A DNA stretch of 64,000 nt from an uncultured cyanobacterium (GCA_963765575.1 CAVXWZ010000001.1:128001-192000); one strand, 5' to 3'. Numbered from the stretch's first letter, positions 29,413-39,482 are shown. Notes: generated by a model not told the origin, from the sequence alone. Translations and numbers: made by a program.

Positions 29413-30429
29413 TCACGCCACGGCTGGCTGGGGGTCTCCGCTGGCCACCATCGGCTGGCAGAACTGGCGCAGCAGCAGGGCCCCGAACCGCAGGCTCAGC
29501 CCCAGCCGCCCCACGCCCCTGGCCTGCCTGAGCTCGCGGAAGCGGGCCACGATTCGATCGCGCAGCTCGAGATAGTGGCTGTTCTCCAGCTCAAAGACCG
29601 CTGGGAAGGCCCGGCGGGCGGTGCGGTTGGTCTGGCGCATCACCTCGGCATCGAACGCCGCCGGATCCAGCCCCAGGATCCGGTAGAAATCGCCGCGCTC
29701 ACACACCGTGAGGCTGTGGGTGAGAAACACGCTCCAGAGGAAGAAGCGACTGAGCAGCTGCCCCCGCAGCCCCCGGCGCAGCCCGGGCCAGCAGCGGATC
29801 AGCATGTTGAAGATGTCGCCGTGGCGGTTCTCGTCCTGGCACCAGGGCTCGAAGAAGTCGAACAGCGGCGCCACGCTGGTGCCCGGGTGTTCCTTGAGGT
29901 GCCGGTCGATGAGGATGTAGCGCCAGTAGCCGATCTTCTCCGAGAGATACACCGAATAGAGCACCCAGCTCAGCGGGAACCAGGTGATCGGTCGCTTGGT
30001 GCTCAGCTTGGGCAGGTCGATCTCGATCCCCTCGGCCACCAGGGCGCGGTTGATGAAGCCCGCGTGACGAGCTTCATCGCGCGCCATCAGCGCGAACAGT
30101 TCAGCCAGATCGCCGCGCCCGGCCTGGCCCAGACGGCGGGAGAGTTCCTTGAACAGCAGGAAACCGGAGAACTCCGAAACGCAGGAGCGCACCAGATAGC
30201 TCTCGTAGGCCTCTTTCTCCTCCGCGCTGAGGTGCTGAAGCCTGCCCAGCGGGGCCTTGCGATCGAAGTGCTCGCGGTTGTAGTCGGCCTTCATTTCGCC
30301 GAGCATGGCTTCGAACTGGGCCCGCTGCGCCTCGATCGGGGTGCGCGCCGCCTTCTCGATTTCGGTGGTGTAGAAGCGCGGCGTCAGCAGGTCTTCGCGC
30401 AGGTGCGGGGCGGCGGCAGTGGCGGTCAT
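29413..30429 (-). CDS. acsF: Mg-protoporphyrin IX monomethyl ester cyclase (low-O2 type copy by context)
   Basis: LLTPRFYTT, EFSGFLL, RDEARHAG, EKIGYWRY, WCQDENRHGD. Confidence 0.96.
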   Translation of the reverse strand: MTATAAAPHLREDLLTPRFYTTEIEKAARTPIEAQRAQFEAMLGEMKADYNREHFDRKAPLGRLQHLSAEEKEAYESYLVRSCVSEFSGFLLFKELSRRLGQAGRGDLAELFALMARDEARHAGFINRALVAEGIEIDLPKLSTKRPITWFPLSWVLYSVYLSEKIGYWRYILIDRHLKEHPGTSVAPLFDFFEPWCQDENRHGDIFNMLIRCWPGLRRGLRGQLLSRFFLWSVFLTHSLTVCERGDFYRILGLDPAAFDAEVMRQTNRTARRAFPAVFELENSHYLELRDRIVARFRELRQARGVGRLGLSLRFGALLLRQFCQPMVASGDPQPAVA

Positions 30430-30438
30430 GGTCTTCGT

Positions 30439-30454
30439 ATCACGACATCGTGAT
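30439..30454. promoter_or_regulatory. perfect palindromic operator candidate
   Basis: ATCACGA-CA-TCGTGAT about 10 bp before the acsF start. Confidence 0.6.
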
Positions 30455-30667
30455 GCTATGGCATGCCAAGACCGGTGGAGATTCCGTTAAGGTGTGGTTG
30501 CCGAGCGCAGCCTGTCCATCAGCGCCTGCCGGGCTCCTCTCCCGCCTGCCGCGCTCCTTCCCTGCGGCCGTTAGGCCCGTCTGAGTCTCTGCTGACTCCT
30601 CTTCAAGCCTGCTCCAAGCCCCTCCTGCAGCCCCTCCTGCAGCCCCGATTCAGCCCATTAAGCCCCG

Positions 30668-30982
30668 ATGAAGCCTATGGAAGCCCTGGCCGACTATTTC
30701 AAGGTGTTTTCCGAGCCCAACCGCCTGGCGGTGCTCGACGCCCTGCGCCAGGGGCCCCTCAACGTCACCGCCGTGGTGGAGCGCACCGCGCTCAGCCAGG
30801 CCCTGGTGTCCAAGCACCTCAAGCTGCTCACCATCGCCGGGGTGGTGAAGCGGCGGCCGGAGGGCAGCCTGGTGTTCTACGAGGTGAGCGACAAGGCGGT
30901 GTTCCAGCTGATCAGCCAGGCCGAGAAGCACCTGCTGGCCGCCCGCCGGCAGCAACTCGATGCCCTGGCGGCCATTCTGTAG
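30668..30982 (+). CDS. ArsR/SmtB family regulator (no Cys)
   Basis: FKVFSEPNRL, LSQALVSKHLKLL. Confidence 0.9.
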   Translation: MKPMEALADYFKVFSEPNRLAVLDALRQGPLNVTAVVERTALSQALVSKHLKLLTIAGVVKRRPEGSLVFYEVSDKAVFQLISQAEKHLLAARRQQLDALAAIL

Positions 30983-30984
30983 GG

Positions 30985-31641
30985 GTGATCAGTTCTCTGC
31001 CGGCCAATCTGCAGGAGCTGCGCCAGGCCCTCGCCGCCGGCCGCCAGCGCTTCCACGGGTTGCGGCTCGGCGACCTCGATGGGGTGGATCTCGACCTCTC
31101 GGGCTGCGAACTGCAGGACAGCTGCTTCAAGGAGGCTCGCTTCGGTCGCGCCTGCCTGCGCCAGGCCCGGGTGGACGGCTGCTGTTTCCAGCAGGCCCTG
31201 CTCTGGGGCGCCGACCTCTCGGGCCTGCAGGCGCGCGAATCGCAGTGGCACGAGGCCGATCTCTCCGGCTCGCGCCTGCAACAGGCCGACTTCTCCGCTG
31301 CCCTGCTGCACCGCACCTGCCTGCGGGGCGTGCTGGCGGCGGGCAGCCGCTGGTGTGATGCCCGCCTGGTGGAAGCCGACTTCCGCTCCGGCCTCGACCA
31401 GCTCACCGACCTGGGCGGGGCTGACTTCCAGCGCGCCGACCTCAGCTTCGCCCAGCTGCGGGGAGCCCAGCTGCGCGGCGCTGATCTGCGCGGCTGCTGC
31501 CTCTACGGCGCCGACCTGAGCGACACCGATCTGCAGGGCGCCGACCTGCGGGGCTGTGATCTGCGCGACACGCGCCTGGGTGGTGCCAACCTCACGGGGG
31601 CCAGGCTGGATGCGGCCCGGCTCCCCACCCCTATTTCCTGA
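30985..31641 (+). CDS. pentapeptide repeat protein
   Basis: Repeated A(D/N)Lxx units. Confidence 0.9.
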   Translation: MISSLPANLQELRQALAAGRQRFHGLRLGDLDGVDLDLSGCELQDSCFKEARFGRACLRQARVDGCCFQQALLWGADLSGLQARESQWHEADLSGSRLQQADFSAALLHRTCLRGVLAAGSRWCDARLVEADFRSGLDQLTDLGGADFQRADLSFAQLRGAQLRGADLRGCCLYGADLSDTDLQGADLRGCDLRDTRLGGANLTGARLDAARLPTPIS

Positions 31642-33005
31642 TGACCGAGAGCTTCGATCTGATCGTGCTGGGCGCCGGCTCCGGTGGCCTGGCGGCCGCC
31701 AAGCGCGCCGCGTCCCATGGCGCCCGGGTGGCGATCGTGGAGGGCGATCGCGTGGGCGGCACCTGCGTGATCCGCGGCTGTGTGCCCAAGAAATTGCTGG
31801 TGTACGGCTCCGCCTATGCCCATCTGCTGGCGGATGCCCCCAGCCACGGCTGGCCGGTGCCTCCGGTGCAGCCCGATCCGGCCACCCTGCTGCGGCACGT
31901 GCGGGCCGAGGTGGATCGCCTCAACGCACTGCACATCAGTTCCCTGGAGCGCGCCGGTGTGGAGCTGGTTTCGGGCTGGGGCCGCTTCAGCGATGCCCAC
32001 AGCGTGGTCGTGAGCCGGGCGGATGCTTCCGAGCGGAACCTGAGGGCCGAGCGCATCCTGATCGCCGTGGGCGGCCGTCCCCACCGCCCCGCCATCCCCG
32101 GGGCTGACCTGGGCTGGGTGAGCGATGACATGTTCCTGCTCGAGAGCCTGCCCGAGGCCGTGGTGGTGGTGGGCGCCGGTTTCATCGCCTGTGAATTCGC
32201 CTGCATCCTCAAGGGCCTGGGGGTGCGCGTGATCCAGCTGGTGCGCGGCGATCACCTGCTGCGGGGCTTCGATCGGGAGGCCAGCCTGGCGGTTCAGGAG
32301 GCCATGCAGGCGGCGGGCATCGAGATCCGCTTCGCCCATTCCCCCGCCGCCATCACCGGCCAGTGCGCCCCCGGGGAATACACCGTCACCACCCAGAGCG
32401 GTGAGCAGCTCCCCTGCGGTGGCGTGCTCCTGGCCACGGGCCGGCGGCCGTTTCTGAAGGGGCTGAACCTGGAGGCCGCCGGGGTGGCGGTGGAGGGGCA
32501 CCGCATCCCCGTGGATGCCGACCAGTGCACGAACGTGCCCAGCATCTTTGCCGTGGGCGATGTCACCGACCGGGTGAACCTCACGCCCGTGGCGGTGGAT
32601 GAGGGCCGGGCCTTCGCTGACAGCGTCTACGGCGGCCGGCCCCGCCAGGTGAACCATGACCTGGTGGCCAGTGCCGTGTTCAGTCAGCCGGAGCTGGCCG
32701 GGGTGGGGCTCAGCGAGGAGCAGGCGATCGAGCGCCATGGCGCCGCGGCGATCCGCGTGCACCGGGCCCGCTTCCGGCCGATGAGCCAGGCCCTGCCGGC
32801 CCGTGGCCCGCGGGTGCTGCTCAAGCTGGTGGTGGAGACCGCCAACGACCGGGTGCTGGGCTGCCACATGGTGGGCGAACACGCCGCCGAGATCATTCAG
32901 ATGGCCGCCATCGCCATCGGCATGGGGGCCACCAAGGCCGACTTCGATCGCACCATGGCCCTGCACCCCTCGGTGGCCGAGGAATACGTGACCATGCCCA
33001 ACTGA
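31641..33005 (+). CDS. gor: glutathione reductase
   Basis: GGTCVIRGCVPKK, HPSVAEE. Confidence 0.95.
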   Translation: MTESFDLIVLGAGSGGLAAAKRAASHGARVAIVEGDRVGGTCVIRGCVPKKLLVYGSAYAHLLADAPSHGWPVPPVQPDPATLLRHVRAEVDRLNALHISSLERAGVELVSGWGRFSDAHSVVVSRADASERNLRAERILIAVGGRPHRPAIPGADLGWVSDDMFLLESLPEAVVVVGAGFIACEFACILKGLGVRVIQLVRGDHLLRGFDREASLAVQEAMQAAGIEIRFAHSPAAITGQCAPGEYTVTTQSGEQLPCGGVLLATGRRPFLKGLNLEAAGVAVEGHRIPVDADQCTNVPSIFAVGDVTDRVNLTPVAVDEGRAFADSVYGGRPRQVNHDLVASAVFSQPELAGVGLSEEQAIERHGAAAIRVHRARFRPMSQALPARGPRVLLKLVVETANDRVLGCHMVGEHAAEIIQMAAIAIGMGATKADFDRTMALHPSVAEEYVTMPN

Positions 33006-33023
33006 GCCGCGACCTTGCCCCGC

Positions 33024-33494
33024 TCAGGCACCCTGGTGGCCGGCATCAAATCCCCACTGGGCGCGGATCGTGGCGTTGCTCACGTCCCAGGCATGCTCGC
33101 CACTGAGCACGCTGTGCTGCTCGCCCCCCGGCTGCTCGCCCCGCTCCCGGAACTCGGCCGCCAGCTCGTCGCGGTAGGCGCGCGCCTCGGCGAGCAACAG
33201 CTCGGTGTGTTGCCGGCCGCCGGTGACCCTGAGCATCTCGGGGGTGCTGCTGCAGAGGTCCAGGTCCTCCAGGTGCCGCTGCAGCCAGGTCCACTCGTAG
33301 CGCAGCATCGCCGGCGTGCAGGCCCGCAGCCGCTGGCGGTAGTCGCGGCGGTGCTTCTCCACCTCGGCGCTGCCGGCGGGGGTGACCGCCGGGGCGGCGC
33401 CGTTGCCAGCGTCAGCTGCGTCAGCGGTGTTGGCTGCAGCGGCGGCGGCGTGGCGCTGGCTGAGTTTCTGCATGATGTCGCGCAGGTGGCTCAT
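33024..33494 (-). CDS. hypothetical protein
   Basis: Host codon bias; fills gap between gor and pdxH. Confidence 0.65.
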   Translation of the reverse strand: MSHLRDIMQKLSQRHAAAAAANTADAADAGNGAAPAVTPAGSAEVEKHRRDYRQRLRACTPAMLRYEWTWLQRHLEDLDLCSSTPEMLRVTGGRQHTELLLAEARAYRDELAAEFRERGEQPGGEQHSVLSGEHAWDVSNATIRAQWGFDAGHQGA

Positions 33495-33592
33495 GGCGGC
33501 AGCGTCCGGATCGCAGGGCTCAGCCGGCATTCTTGCCCGAACCCCGGCTGCCGCCAGAGTGGGGGGCGTTGGTTGACTGCGGCTCCCTCACC

Positions 33593-34264
33593 ATGACGGC
33601 CCCGGGTGCTGTGGATGTGGCGGCCCTGCGCCGCGAGTACAGCCGGGCCGGCCTGCTGCGGCCCGACCTCCAGGCCGATCCGCTGGCCCAGTTCCGCCTC
33701 TGGTTCGAGCAGGCCACCGCGGCCCAGCTGCTGGAGCCCAATGCCATGGTGCTCGGCACCGTTGATGGGCAGCGGCCCAGCAGCCGCACCGTGTTGCTGA
33801 AGGCCTACGACCGGCGCGGTTTCGTGTTTTTCACCAACTACGGCAGCCGCAAGGCCCGGGAGATCGCCGCCCAGCCCCAGGTGAGCCTGCTGTTCCCCTG
33901 GTATGGCCTGGAGCGGCAGGTGGCGATTCAGGGGCCGGCGGCGCGCATCAGCAGCGCCGAATCCCTGGCCTATTTCAGCTCCAGGCCCTTCGGCAGCCGG
34001 GTGGGGGCGTGGGTGTCGCAGCAGAGCTCGGTGATCAGCTCCCGCAGCATCCTGGAGCTGAAGTGGGAGGAGATCAAGCGCCGTTTCGCCAGCGGTGAGG
34101 TGCCCCTGCCGGAGGCCTGGGGCGGCTTCCGGGTGGTGCCGGAGGAGGTGGAGTTCTGGCAGGGACGGGAGAATCGCCTGCACGACCGCTTCCGCTACCG
34201 CCGCCGGGCCCAGGGGCCTGCTGAAGAGGCTGGGGAGTGGTTGATCGAACGCCTCTCCCCGTGA
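33593..34264 (+). CDS. pdxH: pyridoxamine 5'-phosphate oxidase
   Basis: [28 protein letters not shown]. Confidence 0.95.
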   Translation: MTAPGAVDVAALRREYSRAGLLRPDLQADPLAQFRLWFEQATAAQLLEPNAMVLGTVDGQRPSSRTVLLKAYDRRGFVFFTNYGSRKAREIAAQPQVSLLFPWYGLERQVAIQGPAARISSAESLAYFSSRPFGSRVGAWVSQQSSVISSRSILELKWEEIKRRFASGEVPLPEAWGGFRVVPEEVEFWQGRENRLHDRFRYRRRAQGPAEEAGEWLIERLSP

Positions 34265-34631
34265 CCCCAAGACTGTGCAGCTGATCCGCCCTCAGCCACG
34301 CAGGCAAGCAGGCGGATTGGATTGTCGCCGTGTCCTAGGCATGGTGTCCGAGCTTGGCATCAGCATCCACTTGTCACAACGCATGCAGACAACAAGGTTG
34401 AGATTTCGAGCGATTATGGATCTGGGCCGTTATTCCAGCACCATTTGTCTGCGACGCTGGAAAGCAGGCAAGTCGATCCACTCGATGATCGCAAACTCAT
34501 TATTTATGAAAGAAAAACCCCATGCTGACCCTGGATGAGCGGAGCACGGGGTGAATGATTGGGAGTGGAAAAGCAAACACGTGGCTGCTCTTCCACAGCT
34601 TGATCCGAAGGATTAGGGCTCTAAATGAAGA

Positions 34632-36122
34632 TCAGAATTCAAAGGTGGTTTTGATCAGGCCCCCATAGGTGTCGTCGACACCCGTGTTCTGGACATAGAA
34701 GAAAGCAGGGGTCACGCTGATGTTGTCGGTGACCTGCCACTTGTACCAGAGCTCATAGGCGAGGTTTTCGTCACCGTCGCTGCCGTCCACCCAGAGGCTG
34801 GCGCTGCAGTTGACGTTGGCACAGTTGCCGCCGTCACGCTGACCGACGCTGCCCAGGGCCATGCCCAGGGCGTTGCCCTGCATGAACATGTCAGCCCACT
34901 GCAGGCCCACCATCCAGCTCCAGGCCTCGTCATCACCGGAGCGATCGTAATCGGTCCAGCCAAAGCCGGCGCTGATTGAGGGCGCCCAGCCTGCCTCAAT
35001 AGGCGCCCAGTAGCCGCTCACTCCAATGTTCTGGTTGGAAGCATTGGGGAAGAAACTGCTGAGTCCTGGGCGCACTTCGGATTCTCCGAGGTTGTTGAAG
35101 TCGGAGTAGGTGTAGGCGATGGCACCACCCCAGTTCTCACCGGCGTAACCGCCCTGGACGGTGATGGTGTAGTCCTCACCGGCGCCGATGCTGGAGTTCT
35201 GGGAGGCATCCAGATCGGCCACATACAGTGCACTGACGGCCCAGCCTTCGTTCTCCCACCAGATGCCGACGCCAGCTCCCTGAGTCAAATTGTAGGTGGA
35301 CTGGCCACCGGCATAGGTGAAGATGTCCAGGATGGTGTCAGCCGGGTAAGCGCTGGGCCAGATGGCCAGCATGTCGTTCTGCTCGACGTTGGCGCCCACC
35401 GTGGCGGTGAAGTTCTCACCAATGGGGAACTGGTAAAAGAGTTTGCTGAGCTCCACCGAGTTGCCGGTACCTGCTTCGGCCTCCAACACAGTGTTGCCGT
35501 TGCCAAACACCGAATCATCAAAGTTGCCGGCTTCCAACTCGGTATACAGCAGGTCTTTGCCGGTGAAGCTGGTGGCGAGGCCCAGGGCCAGCTTGTAGTT
35601 GACGGTCACATCGCCACCGAAGCCGGTGTTGCCGGCGCCGCCGATGGTCATCACGGCTTCGCCGCTGAGCACGGTGGTGGTGGAAAACTGACTGGCCTCC
35701 AGCTCACCGACCTTGGCCTCGAGGCCGTCGACGCGGCCCTTGAGGATGGCGAGTTCCCTCTCGAACTCGGCCATCAGGCGCTTGAGCTCGTCGGTCACTT
35801 CGGTGACGCGGTCGAGACAGGCGTTCAGGAGGGCGGCGGCCTCGAAACGGGTCATGGCCCGCTGGCCCTTGAAGGTGCCGTCGGGATAGCCGGCGACGCA
35901 GCCGTAACGCTCGATCAGGCCCGTGAGCGCCTGGTAGGCCCAGTCCGTCGGGACGACGTCGGGGAACTGGGAGATGCTGGTGACTTGGTCGCTGCTGGCG
36001 TACTGGTGGATGCCGTCGAGATTCAACTCAGCTGCCTGCAGCGGGGCAGGCGTGACGGCGGGCAGGCCAGCCAGCAGGCCGAGGACTGCTGGCGCCAGCA
36101 GGCGTTGGTGCATGCGTTGCAT
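34632..36122 (-). CDS. som: SLH-domain outer membrane porin (Som family)
   Basis: Signal peptide, DWAYQAL...GYPDGTF SLH domain, QFSTTT, terminal F. Confidence 0.93.
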   Translation of the reverse strand: MQRMHQRLLAPAVLGLLAGLPAVTPAPLQAAELNLDGIHQYASSDQVTSISQFPDVVPTDWAYQALTGLIERYGCVAGYPDGTFKGQRAMTRFEAAALLNACLDRVTEVTDELKRLMAEFERELAILKGRVDGLEAKVGELEASQFSTTTVLSGEAVMTIGGAGNTGFGGDVTVNYKLALGLATSFTGKDLLYTELEAGNFDDSVFGNGNTVLEAEAGTGNSVELSKLFYQFPIGENFTATVGANVEQNDMLAIWPSAYPADTILDIFTYAGGQSTYNLTQGAGVGIWWENEGWAVSALYVADLDASQNSSIGAGEDYTITVQGGYAGENWGGAIAYTYSDFNNLGESEVRPGLSSFFPNASNQNIGVSGYWAPIEAGWAPSISAGFGWTDYDRSGDDEAWSWMVGLQWADMFMQGNALGMALGSVGQRDGGNCANVNCSASLWVDGSDGDENLAYELWYKWQVTDNISVTPAFFYVQNTGVDDTYGGLIKTTFEF

Positions 36123-36169
36123 GGGTTGAGCCCCCCAAGGGGCCGGAGAGCGGAAGGGAGAAAGGGAAC

Positions 36170-36188
36170 GATAACGATTCTCAATTGC
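36170..36188. promoter_or_regulatory. Fur-box-like site upstream of porin
   Basis: GATAACGATTCTCAATTGC, 13/19 to GATAATGATAATCATTATC; AT-rich in a GC-rich context. Confidence 0.6.
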
Positions 36189-36300
36189 TGATTCAAGCTG
36201 CCAAGCCCCACCGTCGATGGTCCGTGGACACCATCACAGGGGTGGGTGGCAAGGACTGCTGAGGCGTCCTGTCGAGCTGGAGGGACGTCTGCTGCTGCCC

Positions 36301-36942
36301 TCAGGGCACGAGCATGGTCCAGGCGAAGGCGGCACCGATGCCGATCCAGATGCCCGCCAGCAGGCGCCGGCCGTTGTCCTTCAAGCTGGCAAGAATTGGA
36401 CTGGAGGCGGCGGTAACGAGCAGCAGCAGGGCCCCCTGGCTGATCAGCAGGCCGAGAAAGTAGGTGGCCAGCGGAGTGGGTTCGGCTCCCACAACCGTGC
36501 CGCCGAGCAGGTAGCCATGCAGGGCGATCGCCGGCAGCAGCAGTGCCGCAGGCAGCTTGTTCAGTGCCACCAGGCCGGCGACCACAAGGCTCAGGGAAAC
36601 CAGCGCCTCGGCAAACGGAGTCACCGATGCGGCCAGGGGCACCACCAGGGCGACAGCGCTGCCCAGCAGCCCCGTGGCAAGCAGGGGGAGCACCCAGGCG
36701 AGGGGGCGGCGCAGCCCCACGAAGCCGATGGCGAGCAGGAACAGCAGATGGTCGGGGCCCAGCAGGGGATGGCCGATACCGCTCACGAAGCCCATCCAGG
36801 GGCTCATCGCGGTGCCCTCGGCCATGCCGAAGGGGTGGTGGGCCAGGGCGGCGGCGGGGTGCAGGGCGCTGAGCGTGAGCAGTCCAGCCGCCAGAGCAAG
36901 CGAACCTGCGGCGGGCGCCGCAGGGAAAAGCCGTTGATTCAA
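36301..36942 (-). CDS. hupE: HupE/UreJ family Co/Ni transporter
   Basis: AHHP, GHPLLGPDHL, LHGY. Confidence 0.9.
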   Translation of the reverse strand: MNQRLFPAAPAAGSLALAAGLLTLSALHPAAALAHHPFGMAEGTAMSPWMGFVSGIGHPLLGPDHLLFLLAIGFVGLRRPLAWVLPLLATGLLGSAVALVVPLAASVTPFAEALVSLSLVVAGLVALNKLPAALLLPAIALHGYLLGGTVVGAEPTPLATYFLGLLISQGALLLLVTAASSPILASLKDNGRRLLAGIWIGIGAAFAWTMLVP

Positions 36943-36965
36943 GGGTCGATCCTCGTCGAGTGAAG

Positions 36966-37080
36966 GCGCTGGCGGGCGTTCTGACTTCCCCTCTCGGGGT
37001 TCACAGCTGCGGGACAGCGCCGGACTTGCACCGGACTTTCCCCCTTTCCTTCAGCAGCTGATCACTGCTGAAACCAGGCA
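36966..37080 (-). ncRNA. cobalamin riboswitch
   Basis: GGGGAAAGTCCGGTGCAAGTCCGGCGCTGTCCCGCAGCTGTGA...AAGTCAGAACGCCCGCC (B12 box) upstream of hupE. Confidence 0.92.
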
Positions 37081-37183
37081 TCGATCAGCTAAGGCCAGGC
37101 AGGCGGAAGGCGGGGCGGCGGCCCCTGGTTCGACACAAGCTGTGATCGGCCCGCTCGGGCCCATGCCCCAGTCCGCTGATGCC

Positions 37184-38230
37184 TCAGGCGCGCGGAGCCA
37201 GCGGCAGCGGCGAATCACGCCGCCGCAACAGCGGGCCGCCGCTGGGCTGCAGCGCCGCGGGCAAGGAGGCGGCACGAACCACCTGCAGACCGTTGAGCTC
37301 CAGGGTGGTGTCCACCAGTTCGGAGCGTCCCTCGAACAGGTCCAGCACGGTGAGGGTCTGCACCGGTGGGCTGGAGTCGTTGAGCCGCTGCCTGGGCCCG
37401 CTGCCCATCGCCCCGAGGCTGAGCAGGTTGAGGCTGCCGCTGCGGCTGGGGAAGTAGGCGTGATGGTGTCCGCTCACGTAGAGCTGGCTTCCCGTCTCAG
37501 CCAGCAGCTGTTGCAACTGCTGCGGCTGGTTGAGCACCTCGCCAGGCCGATCCCGGCCGAGCCCCACGGCATAGGCCGGCAGATGGCCGATCACCAGCCG
37601 CAGGCGGGCCCGTTGGGCCTCCGGGGAGCTCAGTTGGGCGCGGGCCCAGGCCCAGTCGGCGGCCGGCACGCTGGCGGAGGAGGCATCGAGCACCACGGCG
37701 AAGAGCGGCCCCTGGCGGATGCTGTAGCGGAAGGGGAAGCGGCTGGCGTCCGCAAAGTTCAGGCCCAGGCTCCCCTGGCGGGCCGTCCAGAAGCGGGCGG
37801 CTCGGTCGCGGTCGAGGGCGAAGGTGAAGCCGTTCGGCCCGCGGCTGCTGGAGGCGTCGTGGTTGCCCATCGCCGGGGCGAAGCCAGCGCCGCCCCGCTG
37901 CAGCGGCTCCAGCACCTGCTTGGCGAAACCGGCCCACATGGCATCGAGTTGGGCGCTGCTGAGGCCGAGCTTCTGGCCCGCCACCATGTCGCCGGCGCAG
38001 AGCACCAGATCGGGTTGCAGGGTGGCCAGCAGCTCCACGCCCCGTTGCACCTGGGGGATGTAGGTGGTGGAGCCGTAGCTGGAATTGAGGTCGCTGATCA
38101 GGGCCAGGCGCAGGTCGCCCCGGGGGGGCAACTGGGCCGCCCTGGAGCTGCGCCACCAACCGGCGGCGATCAGGCCCGCCGTGCCGGCGCCCGCCAGTTC
38201 CAGAAAGCGGCGGCGGTGAAGCAAGGGCAT
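37184..38230 (-). CDS. Tat-exported metallophosphoesterase
   Basis: RRRFL Tat motif, ISD, AGD, GNHD, SGHHH. Confidence 0.88.
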   Translation of the reverse strand: MPLLHRRRFLELAGAGTAGLIAAGWWRSSRAAQLPPRGDLRLALISDLNSSYGSTTYIPQVQRGVELLATLQPDLVLCAGDMVAGQKLGLSSAQLDAMWAGFAKQVLEPLQRGGAGFAPAMGNHDASSSRGPNGFTFALDRDRAARFWTARQGSLGLNFADASRFPFRYSIRQGPLFAVVLDASSASVPAADWAWARAQLSSPEAQRARLRLVIGHLPAYAVGLGRDRPGEVLNQPQQLQQLLAETGSQLYVSGHHHAYFPSRSGSLNLLSLGAMGSGPRQRLNDSSPPVQTLTVLDLFEGRSELVDTTLELNGLQVVRAASLPAALQPSGGPLLRRRDSPLPLAPRA

Positions 38231-38241
38231 CGGCTGGAGGA

Positions 38242-38583
38242 TCAGACCGCCTGCAGTTGGCGCAGCTGGGATTCGAGGCGCTGCTTCAGCCGTGACTGCA
38301 CCAGGGCGCAGAGATCATGGACCAGTTCGTCGTCGGCGCTGTAGATCAACCGCACCCCATCGCGCTTGCAGCTCACCAGGCCGGCCCGCTGCAGCTGGCC
38401 CAGCTGGCGGCTGATGTGGGACTGGGAAAAGCCCGTGGCCTCAATCAGCGAGGCCACGTCCATGGGGCCCTGCTTGAGGTGGCAGAGCAGTTGCAGCCGG
38501 GCTGGCTCGCTGAGCAGGCGGAAGAACTGGCTGAGTTCATCCAGCAGCTCGGGGCTGGGTGTGATGTCGCCGAAAGCGCCCAT
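38242..38583 (-). CDS. ArsR/SmtB family regulator (three Cys)
   Basis: FRLLSEPARLQLLC, SQSHISRQL, DLC. Confidence 0.9.
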   Translation of the reverse strand: MGAFGDITPSPELLDELSQFFRLLSEPARLQLLCHLKQGPMDVASLIEATGFSQSHISRQLGQLQRAGLVSCKRDGVRLIYSADDELVHDLCALVQSRLKQRLESQLRQLQAV

Positions 38584-38662
38584 GGGGGAGCGGAATCTTG
38601 ACTATGACGATCCACGCATTATGCCCCATGAGAGCAGGCTGGCGGTGCGGTGGCCCAGGGGG

Positions 38663-38824
38663 TCAGAGCACCGTGAGGGCGATGCCCAGGCCCACCACCA
38701 TCGCCGCGATCACGGCCGTAGCCCAGAGGGCGTGGGCGCGGGCGTCGGCGGGGGTCTCGCCGATCACAGCCGCCACTTCATCGGCATAGAGGTTGTCGTG
38801 GTTTTCCTGATCGTGGGTTTTCAT
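38663..38824 (-). CDS. small membrane protein (53 aa), below ORF-track cutoff
   Basis: MKTHDQENHDNLYADEVAAVIGETPADARAHALWATAVIAAMVVGLGIALTVL. Confidence 0.7.
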   Translation of the reverse strand: MKTHDQENHDNLYADEVAAVIGETPADARAHALWATAVIAAMVVGLGIALTVL

Positions 38825-38919
38825 GGCGGCGCTCCTGGCCTGGTGGGGGCTGATCGCAACCTAGGCAGCTCCTTTGAGGCTGCCCAGGTTGTCGCCATCA
38901 GGCTTCATGCCGGCGGGCT

Positions 38920-39339
38920 TCAGTTGCCGCGGTTGCCCTTGCCCCTGCGGCCCGAGCCAGGTCCGCCCATCGGCGCCTCGATGCCGTTGCGGGTGTAGAT
39001 GGCGCGCATGGCATCGCGGTGCTCCTGGCGCTGGGCCTGGTTTTGCTTGCGCTCCTGCTGCATGCAGCGGCGCAGGGCGGCGGTGTCGCCAGCGCCACTG
39101 ACGCAGCGCTCTCCCTTCTGGAGGGTCTGGATGCGATTGCGCTGGTGGCGCACCAGCAGGGCCTTGCGCTCCGGAAAGATCTTGGCTTCCTGGGCGGGCG
39201 TGAGGCGCTGGGGGGCCGAGTCCTGGGCCAGGCCGGGCAGGGCGCTGCCCAGGCTCAGCAGGGCGATGCCCAGGGCGCCAGCCAGGCAGCTGGTGCGCTG
39301 GAAGCGGGCTGTAGCGGTCAACGGGGTTGGCATTGTCAT
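38920..39339 (-). CDS. secreted helical protein, Spy/CpxP-like
   Basis: Signal peptide, LTPAQ motif, Q/R/M-rich helices. Confidence 0.6.
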   Translation of the reverse strand: MTMPTPLTATARFQRTSCLAGALGIALLSLGSALPGLAQDSAPQRLTPAQEAKIFPERKALLVRHQRNRIQTLQKGERCVSGAGDTAALRRCMQQERKQNQAQRQEHRDAMRAIYTRNGIEAPMGGPGSGRRGKGNRGN

Positions 39340-39482
39340 GGCAGGGAAGCGCTTGTCGGCGCTGGATGGAACGGTGGTCGAGATGGGCGCATCTCAGTGC
39401 CTATCGTCTCGGGCGGATCTGACCCAGGTGCGTCCGCAGGCGGCCGAGTTGTGACCAGATGTTTCCCGGGGCTCCCCTGGGC

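Noticed and set aside
30475..30502. ChlR or Pho box upstream of acsF (attccgttaaggtgtggttg)
   Set aside because: The GGWAA half-site is missing and only one Pho-like unit matches well.
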